Of a DNA stretch of 64,000 nucleotides, positions 26,801 to 42,100 are shown piece by piece. How positions within the stretch are numbered: the stretch's first letter is position 1; each line of letters starts with the position of its first letter. Origin of the DNA: Podarcis pityusensis (Eukaryota); assembly GCA_964106645.2 (NCBI GenBank), contig OZ067041.1; one strand, written 5' to 3'. The position numbers and the translations under genes are program-made. Below the pieces are notes generated by a model, which was not told where the DNA came from, searched no databases, and saw only the letters and a list, made by a program, of their open reading frames with translations.

Positions 26801-29800
26801 TTTGGAATCTATTTCTTACAACTAACAAAAATGTTGAGTAAAACTACAGGCATGTATTGATTAAAATTTGGTAGAATGACTAGTGAGTAGGCTGCTTTGG
26901 GGCTGGATCAGGCGTGGATCAAAGAGGTGGGAAGCTAGGCAAATTTAAAGAGTTGTAATTGGTGGCAATACATAGAGGGCTTTTTTTGGTCATACGAGTG
27001 CTTGTATATTCGAAGTAGGTTTTTTCTGTTTGTATTTATTTATGAGCAACAAATCTCTCAGCTTCCCTCATATCACAATTAGCTTTTGAAATGTACCTCC
27101 ATTTCAAAAGCACTTCATTATGAAGTATTTGTGGTGGGTAGTTCAGGAAATGCAATTCTTAACTCCTGTTTGATATGCAGACCTAGTTGCGTATAATTTA
27201 CCCAAGTCATTCATTTACAATAAGGTCTGCTTCAATTCCCCACCCCACCCCCATTTGATTGGAATTTTTTTTCTAAAAGTCATTGTTTCTATAAACAGTT
27301 TCTATAAACTGTTCTATAAACTGTAGTTTGATCTTGGCCGTGTTCATGCATATACCCAAATTGTGTTCGCTAGAATGTTTAAACATGTGAACGGTGTGCT
27401 CATTATGAGAGTTCAGGATTTCTTGTTGCAAACTTGTTTTTTGCTTCCTGCAATGACAGAATTCTTAAATCTCTGAAAATTCTCAAGCTCCCAATGTAAT
27501 TTTTTTAACAATTTAGGTAGTAGAGATGGTTGACGTTCCCAACAACCCCACACAACTGGAATACAAATACTACTTTCTTTCTGTGAGCTATGCTGAAGGA
27601 GATGACAGCCCTGCCACTGCAGTTCTGCTGCAGCAATTTAAACCAAATATTGAAGAGCTGGTTTTGGACACAAAAAGTGGGAAGCAAGCAAAAGGTGGCA
27701 CAAAGCGCAAGGTATGGCTTTGAGAGCAGGCAGTTTTTTAAAATTGCATTTCCAGAGAAGTACCAGTCTGTTAACAGCAGAGAGTCTAGTGACACGTTAA
27801 AGGCTAACAATTTTATTAAGGCAAAATAAATAGCCAGCTTTATTATGGCATAAGCTTCATGCCATTGTAAAATTGTTAATCTTTAACGTGCTACATGACC
27901 AGTTGTTGTTTATTTAGTTTGTTTCCTACGTAAAAAGTCTTGGAAGTGGAATGCCAAAATACAATGTATTGCAATTTTCAGCAAACCTCTCAATTGAAAA
28001 ACATCACCACCACACCAGATATGTTAATCTACAAAAATCATTTGCCACATATGCAATCTATCCCCTGCACAACACCAGCATGAACACTCAAATTCTCCTA
28101 GTTGAAGGTAAGCAGAGAATTATTGAGGTACATCTTGGCTTCTGGCTGAGTGAATCATGGTCAAGAATAAGTGCAACTAGATTTCTTTGGTTACAAGGCA
28201 GAAATGGAAGAAATTGGGTTTGAGGAGCATTCCAGTATTCTGCCATTCTAGCCATCATTCTCCATTTTTAAATAATGATACTCAAATTACCGTAAGTATT
28301 TAATGACCTAGTCCTCTGTGGTTCAGTAACTTGCATATAGTTTTAAAGAAATTTTCACAGTGCTTATGTAAGTAATGTTTGCTTACATCTTTAGAGGCAA
28401 TTCCTAAAAGCACATTATAGGAGCATGCTGTTGTATGGCACAGCCACCTAGGAACCTGAGTATTTAATTTCCTTACCTAACATGGAAACATTAAATCCTG
28501 AGGCATAGATGCACTGTCATTTACTAGTATGTGTGTTTTCTTGAGTAGCAACTTTTAGGGCTGTAGAACTGATTCAGAAAATATGAATCAATTAATCCTT
28601 TAGCTTTTAAACTGTGCAAGATTTCATGGGAATAAAACTATAGTTTTGAAGTGGAAATATGTTTATAGAAGCATGTATATGTCTCAGTAAGCCCTGTCTG
28701 CGGAAAAGTAGTTGTGGGCCCCTATGATAGAGGGCAGGGCTGACCAGCTGACATGGCCATGGTGTTGTGTGAAGTATTTTCACGCCATCTTAAATTCAAG
28801 CTGGTCTGCAAAGTACAAATGTTCCTTTGCCTGCAGAGTTTCAAACTGTGTGGGCAAAGGAAGCATTTCTCTTTCTGCTTTATTTGTCCACATGATTTGA
28901 AATCTGACCGTTTGACAAAGAAAGCAGAGTTTTCAGCCATTGGCAACCTGTGTTTGGCAGGGATGGGTTCCACTTGGGAATTCCTGAGTGGAACCCATCC
29001 TATTGAGGCTTGCATTTGGAGCCAGAAATTTAAAAGACACTGAACACAAGCCCCTCTTGCCAAGCGCAATGGAAGGCTCCAGATAGTTCTTCTGCAGCTG
29101 CCCCACATTGTCAGAGGCATGCCTGCTGTTGCTTTACATGAAAAAGACAAATTCAGTGCTGTGACCCGTATGCCTATAATTAGAACTTTGAACCCAGCTT
29201 TTAACTGCACTTGGCTAAAAGAGGTTTCCTGCTATTCTCTAGTTGTCTGGTGATCCGTGTCCTACTGAACCCAAGAAACCAAAGCGGTCTGGAGAAATGT
29301 GTGCCTTCAATAAAGTTCTAGCTCACATTGTAGCAATGTGCGATACAAATATGCCATTTATAGGACTTCGTATGGAGGTAAGTAACATAATTTCCGTTGT
29401 GCAAGAGACGGTCATGTTGACAAGTCTTTTTAAACAGGGACTTTTCTTTGTATGGGAAAGAGCCTAGACCTCAGCTTCAATAGTAGGGAGGAACAATTAG
29501 ACTGTAAAGCCATTGGGGATGAAAGAGACTCTTGCTTTGACTTTCCTGTTCAGCTATGCTAACTGCTGGCTTAGGCACAAAGCTCAGGGTTTGCCAGAAT
29601 GTGAATAATTTAGTCATAGACCAGAAAGCATTGTGCTCAGCTTGGTAAAACATTTTGCTAACTACCATAAATATCCATTGGTGTGTTGGGTTTAATCGGT
29701 TTTAGGGATGACTTGCGTGGCGAACCTTGGGACTTGCAAATAAATCATTTGTGTGATAATTTGGGGAAACTGTTACGTAGAAGAAGTTGGATGTATTATG

Positions 29801-32800
29801 TCAATGGTGAGGAACCTGTGGCTGTTCAGATGGTGCTGGTTTACAACTTCCATTGTTACTATTGACCATGCTGGCTAAGACTGGAGGGCCACAGGTTCCC
29901 CAACACTATATATAAACTGGAAAGGAGGAGGTGTAGCCATTGTTGGGAGTGCCGTTTCTAATAATCTAATGGGTGAAGGGTTTGGAAAGTAGATTGAAGC
30001 AGAGTTCTCAGCAATAATCTGCAATGAGGTAGGAGCATAGATCCTTCACTTAATGCTGCAGAAGATACTGATACCTTGCCAGGTACAAGGAAGTTCAACT
30101 TTCTCCATTCTCTTAACCCCTTGTGAAGGGCGTCTCAGCCTGTCATTGCCTCTGGTACCATCTGAATCACTACCTGTGTGATATATAGCTCATACTGTAG
30201 ATGCTAAGGATCAGGTAGGCCATTTAATACCCTGTATTAGGACGGAAAATGTTGGAAGTTTCACTTGGCTGAATGGGCCAGTTGTGGTGGCAGGGGGGAT
30301 GCTCTTTAGCCTGGACTTTTCTCTTGCTATGAAAATATAAAAAATGTGATTTGTTTTGTTTCAGCTATCCAATATGGAGATCCCACACCAAGGAGTCCAG
30401 GTTGAAGGAGATGGCTTCAGTCATGCTATTCGTTTATTAAAGTAAAGAGATTATGCCACACTTTCATTAATGTGTACAATATTCCATGAGTGATGGAAGG
30501 GGAGGAAAGTATTTAATATACAACATGTTGTAGAATTAAAACTCATCTTGTATTATATTATACGTTTATTCATTTATAAAACTGAAAGTTTTACAACAAT
30601 AGTTGTAGAGTAAAAAAAACACCCACCCATCTTCAGACACTTTTTAAAGGCATACATAGTGCAGAAAAGTGAACAGCAGGTTGACACTAATTTTGGCACA
30701 ATAATTTTATTTCCTGCCGCCCCTTACTTATCCTTAATTTTTCTTAGCTTTATTTTATGTAGCAGCATCCTGGAGAAGTATCAAAACCAAACAACAAAAT
30801 TTCACTACTTCCTCGTTGCTATGAATTATGTGAATTTTATTTTTTCTCCTTTTTTTTGATTGATTAAAAATTGCATAAATTGCTGAAAGATTATACCTCA
30901 GTATGCTGTTACTATTTTACATTTTCTAGTAACTTCAGAGTTTCCTTGCAGGGACACATTTTATTGTACAAATTATATTCTCCAGAAAACATTGAGCAGC
31001 TTACGTTGAATTGTTTGGCTGTGAGACTAAAATAAGTACATGGTCTTACCTTTATCCTTTTCAACAGAATTCCTCCATGTAAGGGTACAAGTGAAGAAAC
31101 CCAGAAGGCTCTAGACCGTTCCCTTCTCGATTGCACTTTTCGACTGCAAGGTAGAAATAACCGCACATGGGTTGCTGAACTGGTGTTTGCAAATTGCCCA
31201 CTTAGTAATAGCACTTCCTCCAGGGAGCAAGGTTAGTGTTCCAACTTATGCTTGTTCTGTCTTGCACTTCCCTACTTTCTGCTTATGTTTTCTGTGTGCC
31301 AATGTGATTTGACCATATTGGACCATTTCTTTCACTTTGTAGGACCTACCCGTCATGTGTACCTCACATATGAAAGTCAATTGTCTGAACCAGTTGGTGG
31401 ACGAAAAGTAGTTGAGATGTTCCTCAATGACTGGAATAGCATTGCTCGCTTATATGAATGTGTGTTGGAATATTTCAGATCCTTACCAGGTACATAAATA
31501 CATTCTTCTTCGTTCTTATGTTGCTGTATGAGGTCTACCGAAACAATTCATATATCTATTTTTGTATCTTTCCCCATCCACTTTCTTTCACCTTATGAAG
31601 AAATACCCAGCCATCTAAAAGTTTTCTCGGAGGTCCGAATCTACAATTATCGGAAGCTAATTCTTTGTTATGGAACTACTAAAGGAAGTTCAGTAAGTAA
31701 TTTTTTTGGAGAAGGGATAAACCAGGATTTAGTTTCACTTTGCCTGATTTCTAGCTTGTCTTTATGTACCAACCAGGATTTGTGGTTTAAAATTAATGCT
31801 AGTCATTTTCTAAATAAGCCAACTTCTAACCATGGATAATGAAGCTGGCTTGTTTTAACAAACAAGTTTACTCTTAAAGTACGATTTTCTGGTTCACAGG
31901 GAAGAACAAGATAGGAATAAGTGAAAATGAAAGTGAATTTGGGTCTGTTACTCTTCCTAGCTGTGCTAAACCATAGTTTAGTGATTACATGCACACCCTC
32001 CTGCTGAGTTGTGAAACAGTTGCTTGCTTAGATGTTGTTGGATTATTTTCCATTAAAGCTCTTACTTGTTTTTTATAGATCAGCATTCAGTGGAACTCTG
32101 CACACCAGAAATTCCACATATCATTAGGAACAGTTGGACCAAACTCAGGTTGCAGTAACTGTCATAATACGATCCTGCATCAGCTCCAAGAGATGTTCAA
32201 TAAATCACCAAATGTAGTCCAACTTTTACAGGTAACTAACCCTTCTCCCCAACCTGCCCTTGGAAGAGAAATGTTTGATTCAAAATGCAAAAAGCACCAA
32301 AGGACAAATTCTGTTCCCAGTTCTCAGGAGTATCATTTAGCACAAGAGGCCAATAATGACTTGTGTGTAGGGCTGTAGGGGAGAATAAGCTCATTCATTA
32401 CATATTTAACCTGCTGTTAAGAGTTTGCTTTTGATTAAAAAAAGAGTGTGTGTGGGAAAGGTTGATATGAACATTTAATACACAATAAATAAGCCAGCAG
32501 GTTCTTACCACTGGTAAAAACAACTTTAAAGCTGCATTTATGTTGATGGTTTCTAAAGGCTAAGTATATTTCGTTGGCTATTGTAAAACTAAACAAGTTT
32601 TGTTTTTACTTGCAGGTTTTGTATGATACTCAGGCTCCATTAAATGCTATCAATAAGCTCCCAACTGTGCCAATGCTGGGACTGACACAACGTACCAACA
32701 CTGCCTACCAATGTTTTTCAATTCTGCCTCAGTCACCCACACACATCAGGCTGGCCTTTCGGAACATGTACTGCATTGACATTTACTGTCAAAGCCGTGG

Positions 32801-35800
32801 GGTGGTGGCAATTCGCGATGGAGCATACAGCCTTTTTGACAACAGTAAAATTGTGGAAGGCTTTTACCCTGCACCAGGACTAAAGGTCTTTTTATCTTTA
32901 TTTTACAGTGTAATTAAATAAGGCTGGGTTCCCATTAATATTTCAGAAAGTTTTGCTTAAGAGGAAATGCCCTTTGTAAGGGGCTGGCAACTGTAGCTCC
33001 TCCAAATAAATTTTATTTTTAGGAATCTAGGTTGTCCAGTGCTAAGGGGATTAAATAGCTTGCTCTGCACTTTTTTAGGATATAATGACAGTGTTGGGCA
33101 TGGGGTTTGGACAGTAACATCCTTCAGATCACTTTTGGGTGTTTTCACAACTGCTACTCAATACTTTTTGGCTACTGAAAGCCAAATTCAGGTAGCAAGA
33201 TGGAATAGACTCCTGCCTGACATCTTGGAGAGCAGCTGCCATTCAGAGTGCTCACTGCTGGGCTGAATGGACCATTCTGTGACTTAATATGTCATATCCA
33301 TCATTTTATGGCGTTTTAAAAAACTTGAGTTTTCTATGAGTTGTGCTTTTTCAAGTGTAGTGCAGCTGATCTTATCGAAGTAACTTTCAGTTTCTGTCCT
33401 GGATGCCATTTTTTAATGGTACAGAAAAATCTTTAAAAGGAGTACTTTTAGAAGACATCTGAAGGCAGCCCTGAATCGGGAAGTTTTTAATGTTTGATGT
33501 TTTACTATGTTTTATATATGCTGTAAGCTGCCCAGAATGGCTGGGGAAACCCAGCCAGATGGACAGGGTATAAATAATACAATTATTTGTGATTTATGAT
33601 CCCTTTCATGGAACAGAATTCAGCTGCTTCTACAGACACTGACTAGCTGAAATAATTATAAAATCCTTGAATATTGCTGTTAAGATTGATCTAGATGTCT
33701 GGTAGATACAATAGGAAGACATGTTGACTCATAAATCTGAATACTCTATATCCACAGACATTCCTGAACATGTTTGTTGACAGCAATCAGGATGCACGAA
33801 GACGATCTGTCAATGAAGATGATAACCCACCATCTCCTATTGGAGGGGACATGATGGATTCATTGATATCACAGCTTCAGCCACAGCCGCAGGTTGTATG
33901 TGTGCAGTATAAGGCTCCCAGTATAAGGCTAAGCCCCTATGATTATGGTGATCATTTTTGACAAATGTGTATGTCCAAAGAGATAACAACAGCAAGTGAG
34001 GCCATATCCTCCTTATTGTACTTGCGTAGCAATATTTATAGCTCTTCCTGGCCAACAGTAAGTGAAAACTTATACATAACAACATATTTTAAAATGTAGT
34101 GGTGATTTATGAAGACCTTGGGAGGGGGCAGAATGAGGATGGCAACTGACCTCTCCCCAGGCCTTAGACATTGCTAGAGCATATTCATGGAATGCCAGAG
34201 GTTCTAAGTATTCTGTCAGAATCCCCAGTGAACCACTGTCGTCAGTGTAGACACTGAACTGGATGAAGTAATGGTCTGAATTTGTGTAAGATACGTGCCT
34301 AATACATCAACGTGTGTAAGTTAGAGTGGATGTTGATGTCCAGTGCGTAAGCTGTTGGCTAGAAGCAGTAAAGTACAGACCATATAATAGACTTGGAGAT
34401 ATAATAGAAAGGGAAAATGGCTCTTGGAATCAATGGCTTATGTTGGTAGTTTGTGGAAAGGTAGTGTAAAGAAGTGAAATGCTACTCTAGAAATTCAGCT
34501 TTAATGAAGTCCAATGCCTGAGGACAGAACTTCTAAGTATTAGATATTTAAGCATGTAGAATTGTTGGGATCTATATTTTACTATATCTAATAAAGGTCT
34601 TATTTCAACAGTCTTCAAAACAGACAGGAGCACCAGGGGCTTACCCATTGACATCACCGCCTACATCGTATCATAGTACAGTCACCCCATCACCTTCCAT
34701 GATGCACACGCAGTCCCCAGGTAAGACGGCTGCCTTTTATGCATCACCAGTAGCAGTTCATGGCATTTAGTGTTCCTAAGGTGTTTCATAAATGAATTGT
34801 GATGCGCCCTGTGTTTTTATAAATCACTGTACCTTCAAATAATCTTGACAACTTACTAAAAAGAGAGTTCTCTTTAAACTTGGAGAGGAATAGTTGGGCA
34901 GTACGTAACGTAGTTGCTGTCCTGAATGTCCCCTTTAGGAACGCTACATCCTGCAAACTCTCCGAGCGGTGCATTAAGAGCACCGTCACCAGCATCATTT
35001 GGTCCAACTCCTTCTCCTTCATCTCTTGGAATCACAATGGGACAAAATACGAACTATGCTAGCCCACATGGTAAGCCCATGACTTGTACAGCTGGATACT
35101 GATAGAAAACTGACACTTCAGATACCGTAAAACAAACAACCCCTTTTCCTGACTCTGGGAAAGCGCACTGCTCCATTCCCTGTTGGGATGCAGGCTCTGA
35201 AATGACAGCAACTGTTTCTTCACACACCTGAACTGTTGCTCCTACTTAACCAGGAGCTGCTGCTGCTGACAAATCGCTGACTTTATCAGCCCCAACATAG
35301 CAGGGAGGAAAAATTGGAGCAAATGGTTTCTAAAATCTCTTGAGTCAACAGACATTGTCCTGCAGCCTTCTGTGGTAAGCAGAGCAAGCAAGCCCCCTAT
35401 CAATGAATAGACTGAGCAATAAAGCATTCATTTTTTAAGATTCACCACTTAAAAATGTACGTAATCAAGGCATGTTTGATGTGTTAGGCTTTAGATAGGC
35501 AGGGTCTAGGAAGGCTATGGATCCTGGTGTACAGATAGTACACCCAGAGAAAGCTGCCTACAATTTTCTTGCAATTTCCATAGGTCCTATAGATCCTACT
35601 TCACCGTACACAATGATGTCTCCAAGCCAGCGTCCAGGGAATTGGCCAGGCTCGCCCCAGGTCTCTGGTCCCTCTCCAGGAGCACGCATGCCTGGAATGT
35701 CACCAGCGAACCCTTCTTTACATTCTCCAGTACCAGATGCTTCCCATTCCCCAAGAGCGGGAACAAGTAAGTAATATCAACAAGAGGCTGCAAAGCCAAT

Positions 35801-38800
35801 AGAGGGAATGTTCAAACTTAGTATTTCACTACAAAATGCTGTTGACATGGTTATGGCAACCCAGTTAGACAAAGGCAGGCAGGCATACAGGCAGGGATAG
35901 CTTAATTGGTAGAGCATGAGACACTTAATCTCAGGGTTGTAGGTTTGAGCAAAAAAATTCTGCATTGCAGGGGATTGGACTAGATTACCCTCATGGTTCC
36001 TTCCAACTGTAGAGTTCTGTGATTCTATGACTGAGTTATTTGTTAATGCAAAATAAACAAAGTACATTAATCAAACATTATTGTGATTTGAAGCTAAGGT
36101 GACTGTGCAATCACCTTAACTCTGGAATAGTGATCTGAGTAGTTAATCCTCTCCGTTTGCATGAGGGAAATAGAGGGATTTGGACACAGCCATTAACTGT
36201 TTCTTAGTCTTTGGAATTGTTGGGGTGCTGAGTTTGGGAAGGTTTCATTATGCCAAGTCTTACAGGGAACTGCCTAGCATTTTAAATGTATGTAAATAGC
36301 CATGCATCCCTAGACAGGAAGAGTGAGGTGTGCTTTTTCTTATTTCTACTAGGTTCCCAAGTAATGCCAACAAATATGCCGCCACCTCGTAAACTACCTC
36401 ATCGCTCTTGGGCTGCATCCATACCCACAATTCTCACTCACAGTGCCTTGAACATTCTTCTTCTGCCCTCTCCCACCCCCGGGCTTATGCCGGGGCTGGC
36501 CGGAAGCTATCTCTGCTCTCCACTTGAACGTTTCCTTGGATCAGTTATCATGAGAAGACATCTCCAAAGGATTATCCAGCAGGAGCCGGTACGTAAGGAC
36601 TCAACATGTTTAGTTCCTTACACAATCACTTTAAATTTAGACTTCTCCTAGCTTCTGTGCAATAAGAGAAGTAAATTTTTGTTGTGCAGCCACAAGGTCT
36701 TGTGCTAACGGAACTGCTATGTTGGGTTCTGCCCATTGAAATTAATGAACTTGTATGAGTCACGGCCATTACTTTTAGTAGCTCTACTATGACTTCGTTG
36801 GATACAGCCTAATAGATGTTAACCATTCTGCATTTTAAGAGGTGTGAAATGGGATGTGATTTGTGATGTTTTAACCACATTGAGTTGGTATACTGCATTG
36901 CTGAAGTTGAGGACAGTGGTTTTTATTTTTTCTGCCCATAGGGAATACTTTCTACAAGTCTGCCAAAGAACTCTTACATGTTGACTGTGGAGTCCTGAGC
37001 AGAAAATTCTGGGGTGCACACTCAGTTTGTGTAAGTGGTGGTGGGGCTAGCTCCGCCCCCCCATGCAAACTAAGACTGCATCCTTGAATCATTTGGAATG
37101 GTGCTCAAGTGGCTTTCAGACAGCTTTTCTGCCATTACCAGTTTCTTCAGCAGGTAGCTCCTGGATTCCTAGCAATGCAAGTGGAAAACTGCTTATTTAG
37201 CACTTCTGTTTGGAAAAACATGGTCCAAACTTTGGCTAAGCTGTAAACTCTTATTTGCGTAGGACCATCCAGTATTTGCTAGGATTAGTGAAACAGGAAT
37301 TTGTATTGACAAATCTCAGGGCTTGTAGGGGAAAGCCAGAGGGAAGAAGTTGAATAATAACAATATAAGAACTGGTTGTTGTTGTTTTTAAAAAAGCAGA
37401 AGCAGCACTTTCCTCTTAGCAGATAAGACAATGCACCCTGCTGAGACAATAGAGAGCACCTCATTTTCCCAAGCCTGCTTGGTTAATGGTCAGGGATAAT
37501 GGGAGTTGTAGTACGGCAACAACTGGGAACCCAAGATTGGGGAAGGCAGGTGGAGATGTACCTGACAAGCTACATGCAGCCAACCTTAAAATGCTTAGGG
37601 TTTGTGAATTTTTTGCTCCTGCTGCTTAGAGTATAATGAAGTGTGGGCAGCAGCTTATTTCTTGCATTCTAATCAACTGTCTTGGCTTTTAAACAGCTAC
37701 AGCTTATGAACTCCAATGAACCAGGTGTAATAATGTTCAAGACAGATGCCCTGAAATGTAGAGTTGCCCTCAACCCTAAAACTAACCAGACCTTGCAGCT
37801 AAAAGTAGCACCTGAAACTGCAGGGCAGTGGAAACAAGAAGAACTGCAGGTTTTGGAGAAATTCTTTGAAACCAGAGTATGTACCCCATCTTAGTTTATT
37901 TGTAATTTGAAGTTTGATAAGATTTTTGAAAACCACATTCATAAAATAAGTTCATAATACATCACACATATGTGATTCATGTCCAGTGAGCTTATGCAGA
38001 ACATACTCATGCCGGTTCAGCACCTCCCTAAAAGCTGCCAGGCTGACATTGATGTTCCATGTGATTTTTCTCCTTTGTATGTTCCTGTGCTGATGCTTGT
38101 GTTGATCATGAACTGGGCCACTTCATATTCTTACGGTTTTTACCTAACTTTCCAGCATTTATTGTAGAGAATTTCAATTTGTGAGATTGCCATAATGGGA
38201 ATTTCGCATCCTTGTGCTGTTATTTTGATTTTAGTAGGATTTGTGATATGGATTAAGAGCAGGATTGAAGAATCATTGAGCTGCCTAAAGAAATTCTAAT
38301 AACACATTGCATTCACTGTAGGTTGCAGGACCACCCTTCAAATCCAATACTCTAATAGCCTTTACAAAGCTGTTAGGGGCACCTCCACACATTCTCCGGG
38401 ACTGTGTACACATTATGAAACTAGAGCTGGTAAGTTAGTTTTAACGTCTTCGCAACATTCTGTATTTTTTCTCATAAACCAGACTGGATTGTTCATCTGT
38501 CTTTTTCTGTGGCATGTTTTATTGAAACAGTTTCCCGATCAGGCCAGCCAGCTGAAATGGAATGTACAGTTTTGTTTGACAATTCCTCCAAGTGCTCCAC
38601 CAATTGCTCCTCCAGGAACACCGGCCGTTGTGCTGAAATCCAAAATGTTGTTCTTTGTAAGTAGAGCAACTAAGTCAGTTCCATGTTTGGTGCAGTCTTT
38701 GACAGTGTCCAGTTGTAAGGAGTAGTCTAAATATGACTTACGTCAGCCATTGTGTAAGTAGCAAATGATATACCTAATTACAGAATATATTGTCCTATTC

Positions 38801-39132
38801 TCATCCCCTTGAAGTCTAGGAACTGAATTGTTCTGGTTATACATAAAAGTGAGGGGCAGATGGGGTCATCAACCTAGGAATGTAGCCCATGAAGGAGAAG
38901 AAAAACTCTATTCCTAAACCTCTGCTGCCTTGTGGGATATCCTCAGAAGGACAAGCTAAGGAGTAAAACCTACACAAATCCGGAGTGGAGTCCATAAGAC
39001 AGTTGGATGACATCTTGTATGCCTTCTGGCAACTCCTGCAGCCAAGCTGGTTCTAAACATATTGCTCTGCTTCCCTTTGGACGACATCAGTATGTCAGGA
39101 GGAGGGATCTTGTCGTCTGGGCAGCCCAGGAC

Positions 39133-39171
<39 letters not shown>

Positions 39172-42100
39172 CCAGGCTTGTGCCCCAGGGTACTACTAAC
39201 ACAGTGGACCCCGGAGGTGCACTCCATTATCTCTCAAGACATATGGATGCCAGTAACAATATATGAAACCAAAATATAAAATTTCAACATGTTCCATTGC
39301 TTCAATTGGGGTTAAGGATGACTAAATGCTGAAGCTGCTGCTTCTGCTGTAAGAGGCCGTGACTAACACATGACTCTATGCAATTAGACCCATAATCAAT
39401 TTCTTTACAAACAGGGCACTATATTTGATTTGTGCTAGTATTTCTTTTCACATATGCCATGTAAAAGGCACCTACTTTTTCCATAATACGTAGCTTTGAA
39501 AGTTTGCATGTGTGGAGATGGTTATGTAGACCCATTTTGATAAGCAGTTTATGTAATTGCCAGTGTGTTTAAAGTGAACACTTCGGATTTAAAAAACCCA
39601 GCTGACATTGAAATAGGATGAATGGTGAAGATAATCTTACTTTTTGCAATATCACCATTCCAAATTTCTTTAAAGAAAAATTGGACAGTACATAGTGCTT
39701 ATTTCTAAATCTCCCAGTTTCCCTTTTGTACTACAAAGCAATTTGGATTGTAAAAAATTGTGTTCATATATTACTCCTGAATGCCCAGTAGGGAAATTAG
39801 GGCATTTCAAGCTGCACTAGGACTTTTGGTGCACTTTGGTTTAGTTATCAGTTTGAAACGGTTCTGATTTAAGTTTGGATAACTAATTTGTGTCGGTCGT
39901 ATATTGGCTTTCATTTTTCCTCTTGAGCTAAGGAATGCATTCAAACTGGCACAGTAATAAAGACCATGCCTTAACTCATGTGATGTTGCCATATCTACAT
40001 CAAAGGTATATTGCAAGATTGCTGTGATTACTTTTTGCATATTCTATTCTGTTCACAGCTTCAGCTAACACAGAAGACTACAGTTTCACAGGAAGCCATG
40101 AGCATAATAGTCCCCATCATTTATGATATGGCTTCAGGTACGACACAACAGGCAGACATCCCCAGACAGCAGAACTCTTCAGTTGCTGCTCCCTTGATGG
40201 TTAGCAATATTCTAAAGAGGTTTGCAGAACTGAATTCGCCACGACCAGGTACTGTACATGTCCAGTAGGTCAAAACTTCTGCATGCTTGAATGGACAGAG
40301 TCCAACCTTTTAAAGTTTTTAAATTTCACTTTACCACCAGTGTTGCTTTGCCTTTTTTTTTGGTTTCCTGAAAACTGACCTCATAAGACCTGGCTTCGGA
40401 TTACTGCATGTTAGTGATAAATTGTTGAATATATACCTCTCTGTGGTGCCAGAAGGGTTGTATTATTGACACAACATGGACTTTATGACACTGACCAAGG
40501 AAGTGTAATGCACTTAATGACTTGGCTCATACTACTGTAGTCACAGCGACACGATTTTAACTTTTGTCATGTGAGCACTGTGTATATATTTCTGTGAAAA
40601 CTAGTGCTTGTTAAGTCATATTGCACTGTAGGAATGTCTTCCCATTTCTTGTAATTTTACTGTTACAAGGTTTTACTACCTGTCTTGTTCTCAATTGTAC
40701 TCCTCTGAGGAAAGCCTGGGGTCCAGGAAGATGGAACTACTTATAAATCATTCCATAAAGTATCACTTTACAGCTCTGGCTTATACTTTCTGTATCTCAT
40801 GACTAACATCTTGCCTTGACTGTATCTTCTCTCTTATTTATGCTGCCTGCTTTGTTTCTGTGAGAAACTTTTGTATTCAGTTTCACTTTTCCTTTAATAA
40901 AAGTGTTAGAAACTTTTGAAAAGTGATTTTTTTAACAGTTTTATTCTTGGGTATGATATTTTTACCCAAGACACTAACTTCTTCAATGGAAGATTTTCTC
41001 CCCTCAAAGGATACCTTTGTTGCTTACTCGTTCTTGGTTTAACAATAAAAAAATCATTATATTAGTTTAGGGTTGTTTTTTTAAAAAAGTGCCAGCATAT
41101 TCTTAGTGTAGTGTTATAGCATAGACATGAACACTGATTCTGAGACTGCACTGTGTGGATACACATACCATTTGACTACATTGAAGCAGCTTATAGGATT
41201 GATGTGGTATGTGTGTGTGCCTCTTCAAATGCTTGCCTTTACTTTTGGCAACACTCCATCCTGAACCCCTGATCGTCACTGAGGTAACTGCGATGTTGGG
41301 AGGGGTTAGCCTTGTGTTTCTACCTGGGCAGTAAGGTTCAAGGTGAGTTATTCAACATCCATGCTGCGTGTCACTAGCAGTTGGAATATCGTGCATGCCA
41401 CCCATAATTCATGCATGCTCCAAAGAGCAACTTTCAGCTACCTTGGCACTGACTATTGTGGGAGGGAAATGCAGGTATAGCTTCTATACATAACTAAACA
41501 AGCGTCATCTTTGCCAGTGAGGCATTTTGTCATCAGGCTTTACTACACAGGGCCATGGGGCTTTATTGAAAGGGAGGGGGGAGTTATTGGAATTGGCATT
41601 TGCAGTTTTGTTCCATTACTCTAAAATATAATGGCATAAAAATAATAAAATGTATGCCATCTAAACTGAAGTTTAGAGAAGACTTCATGGCTACTTTTCA
41701 CTGCTTTGTCATTCTGAAATTGTAAGTGGAAGCACAATGCACATGTAAGTAACCTATTGTCTATTAGAGCATTCCTGTAAAATCAAATCCTCATCAAGAT
41801 TCCTAATCCTTAGAAGTGTCCACAGCAGCACCAACAAACCAGCTCCAACACCAGCAGTATAGCTTAGCTTGCTGTGATTGTATTTGCCTATCAGGAGATA
41901 CTGGCTGAGCTGTTACTTTTGAACTGGACAATTATCTTTGTCTCCGAGTCTTTATTGCCAAGGAAGTTTGGTTATCAGTCAGCTTTGCATCCCTCCTTTC
42001 CTCCAAGGAGCTGAGGGTAGCACATGTTGGGGGGTGTTGTATGAACTCTGCTGGGCTGAGAAATAGGCACTCACCCAATGCCATATGAGGCAGGGTTTTG

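Noticed and set aside
27287-27325. Short tandem duplications (TTCTATAAAC x3; also 3189-3214, 15975-16005, 57824-57861)
   Set aside because: Ordinary replication-slippage repeats with no further structure
28722-29210. 162-aa minus-strand intronic ORF and similar ORFs (23808-24263, 55354-55785, 1029-1406)
   Set aside because: No recognisable homology or splice context; partly antisense to exons or overlapping repeats
35891-35960. tRNA-Lys gene
   Set aside because: Degenerate T-arm, no 3' acceptor strand, directly fused to a CR1-type tail; it is a SINE head
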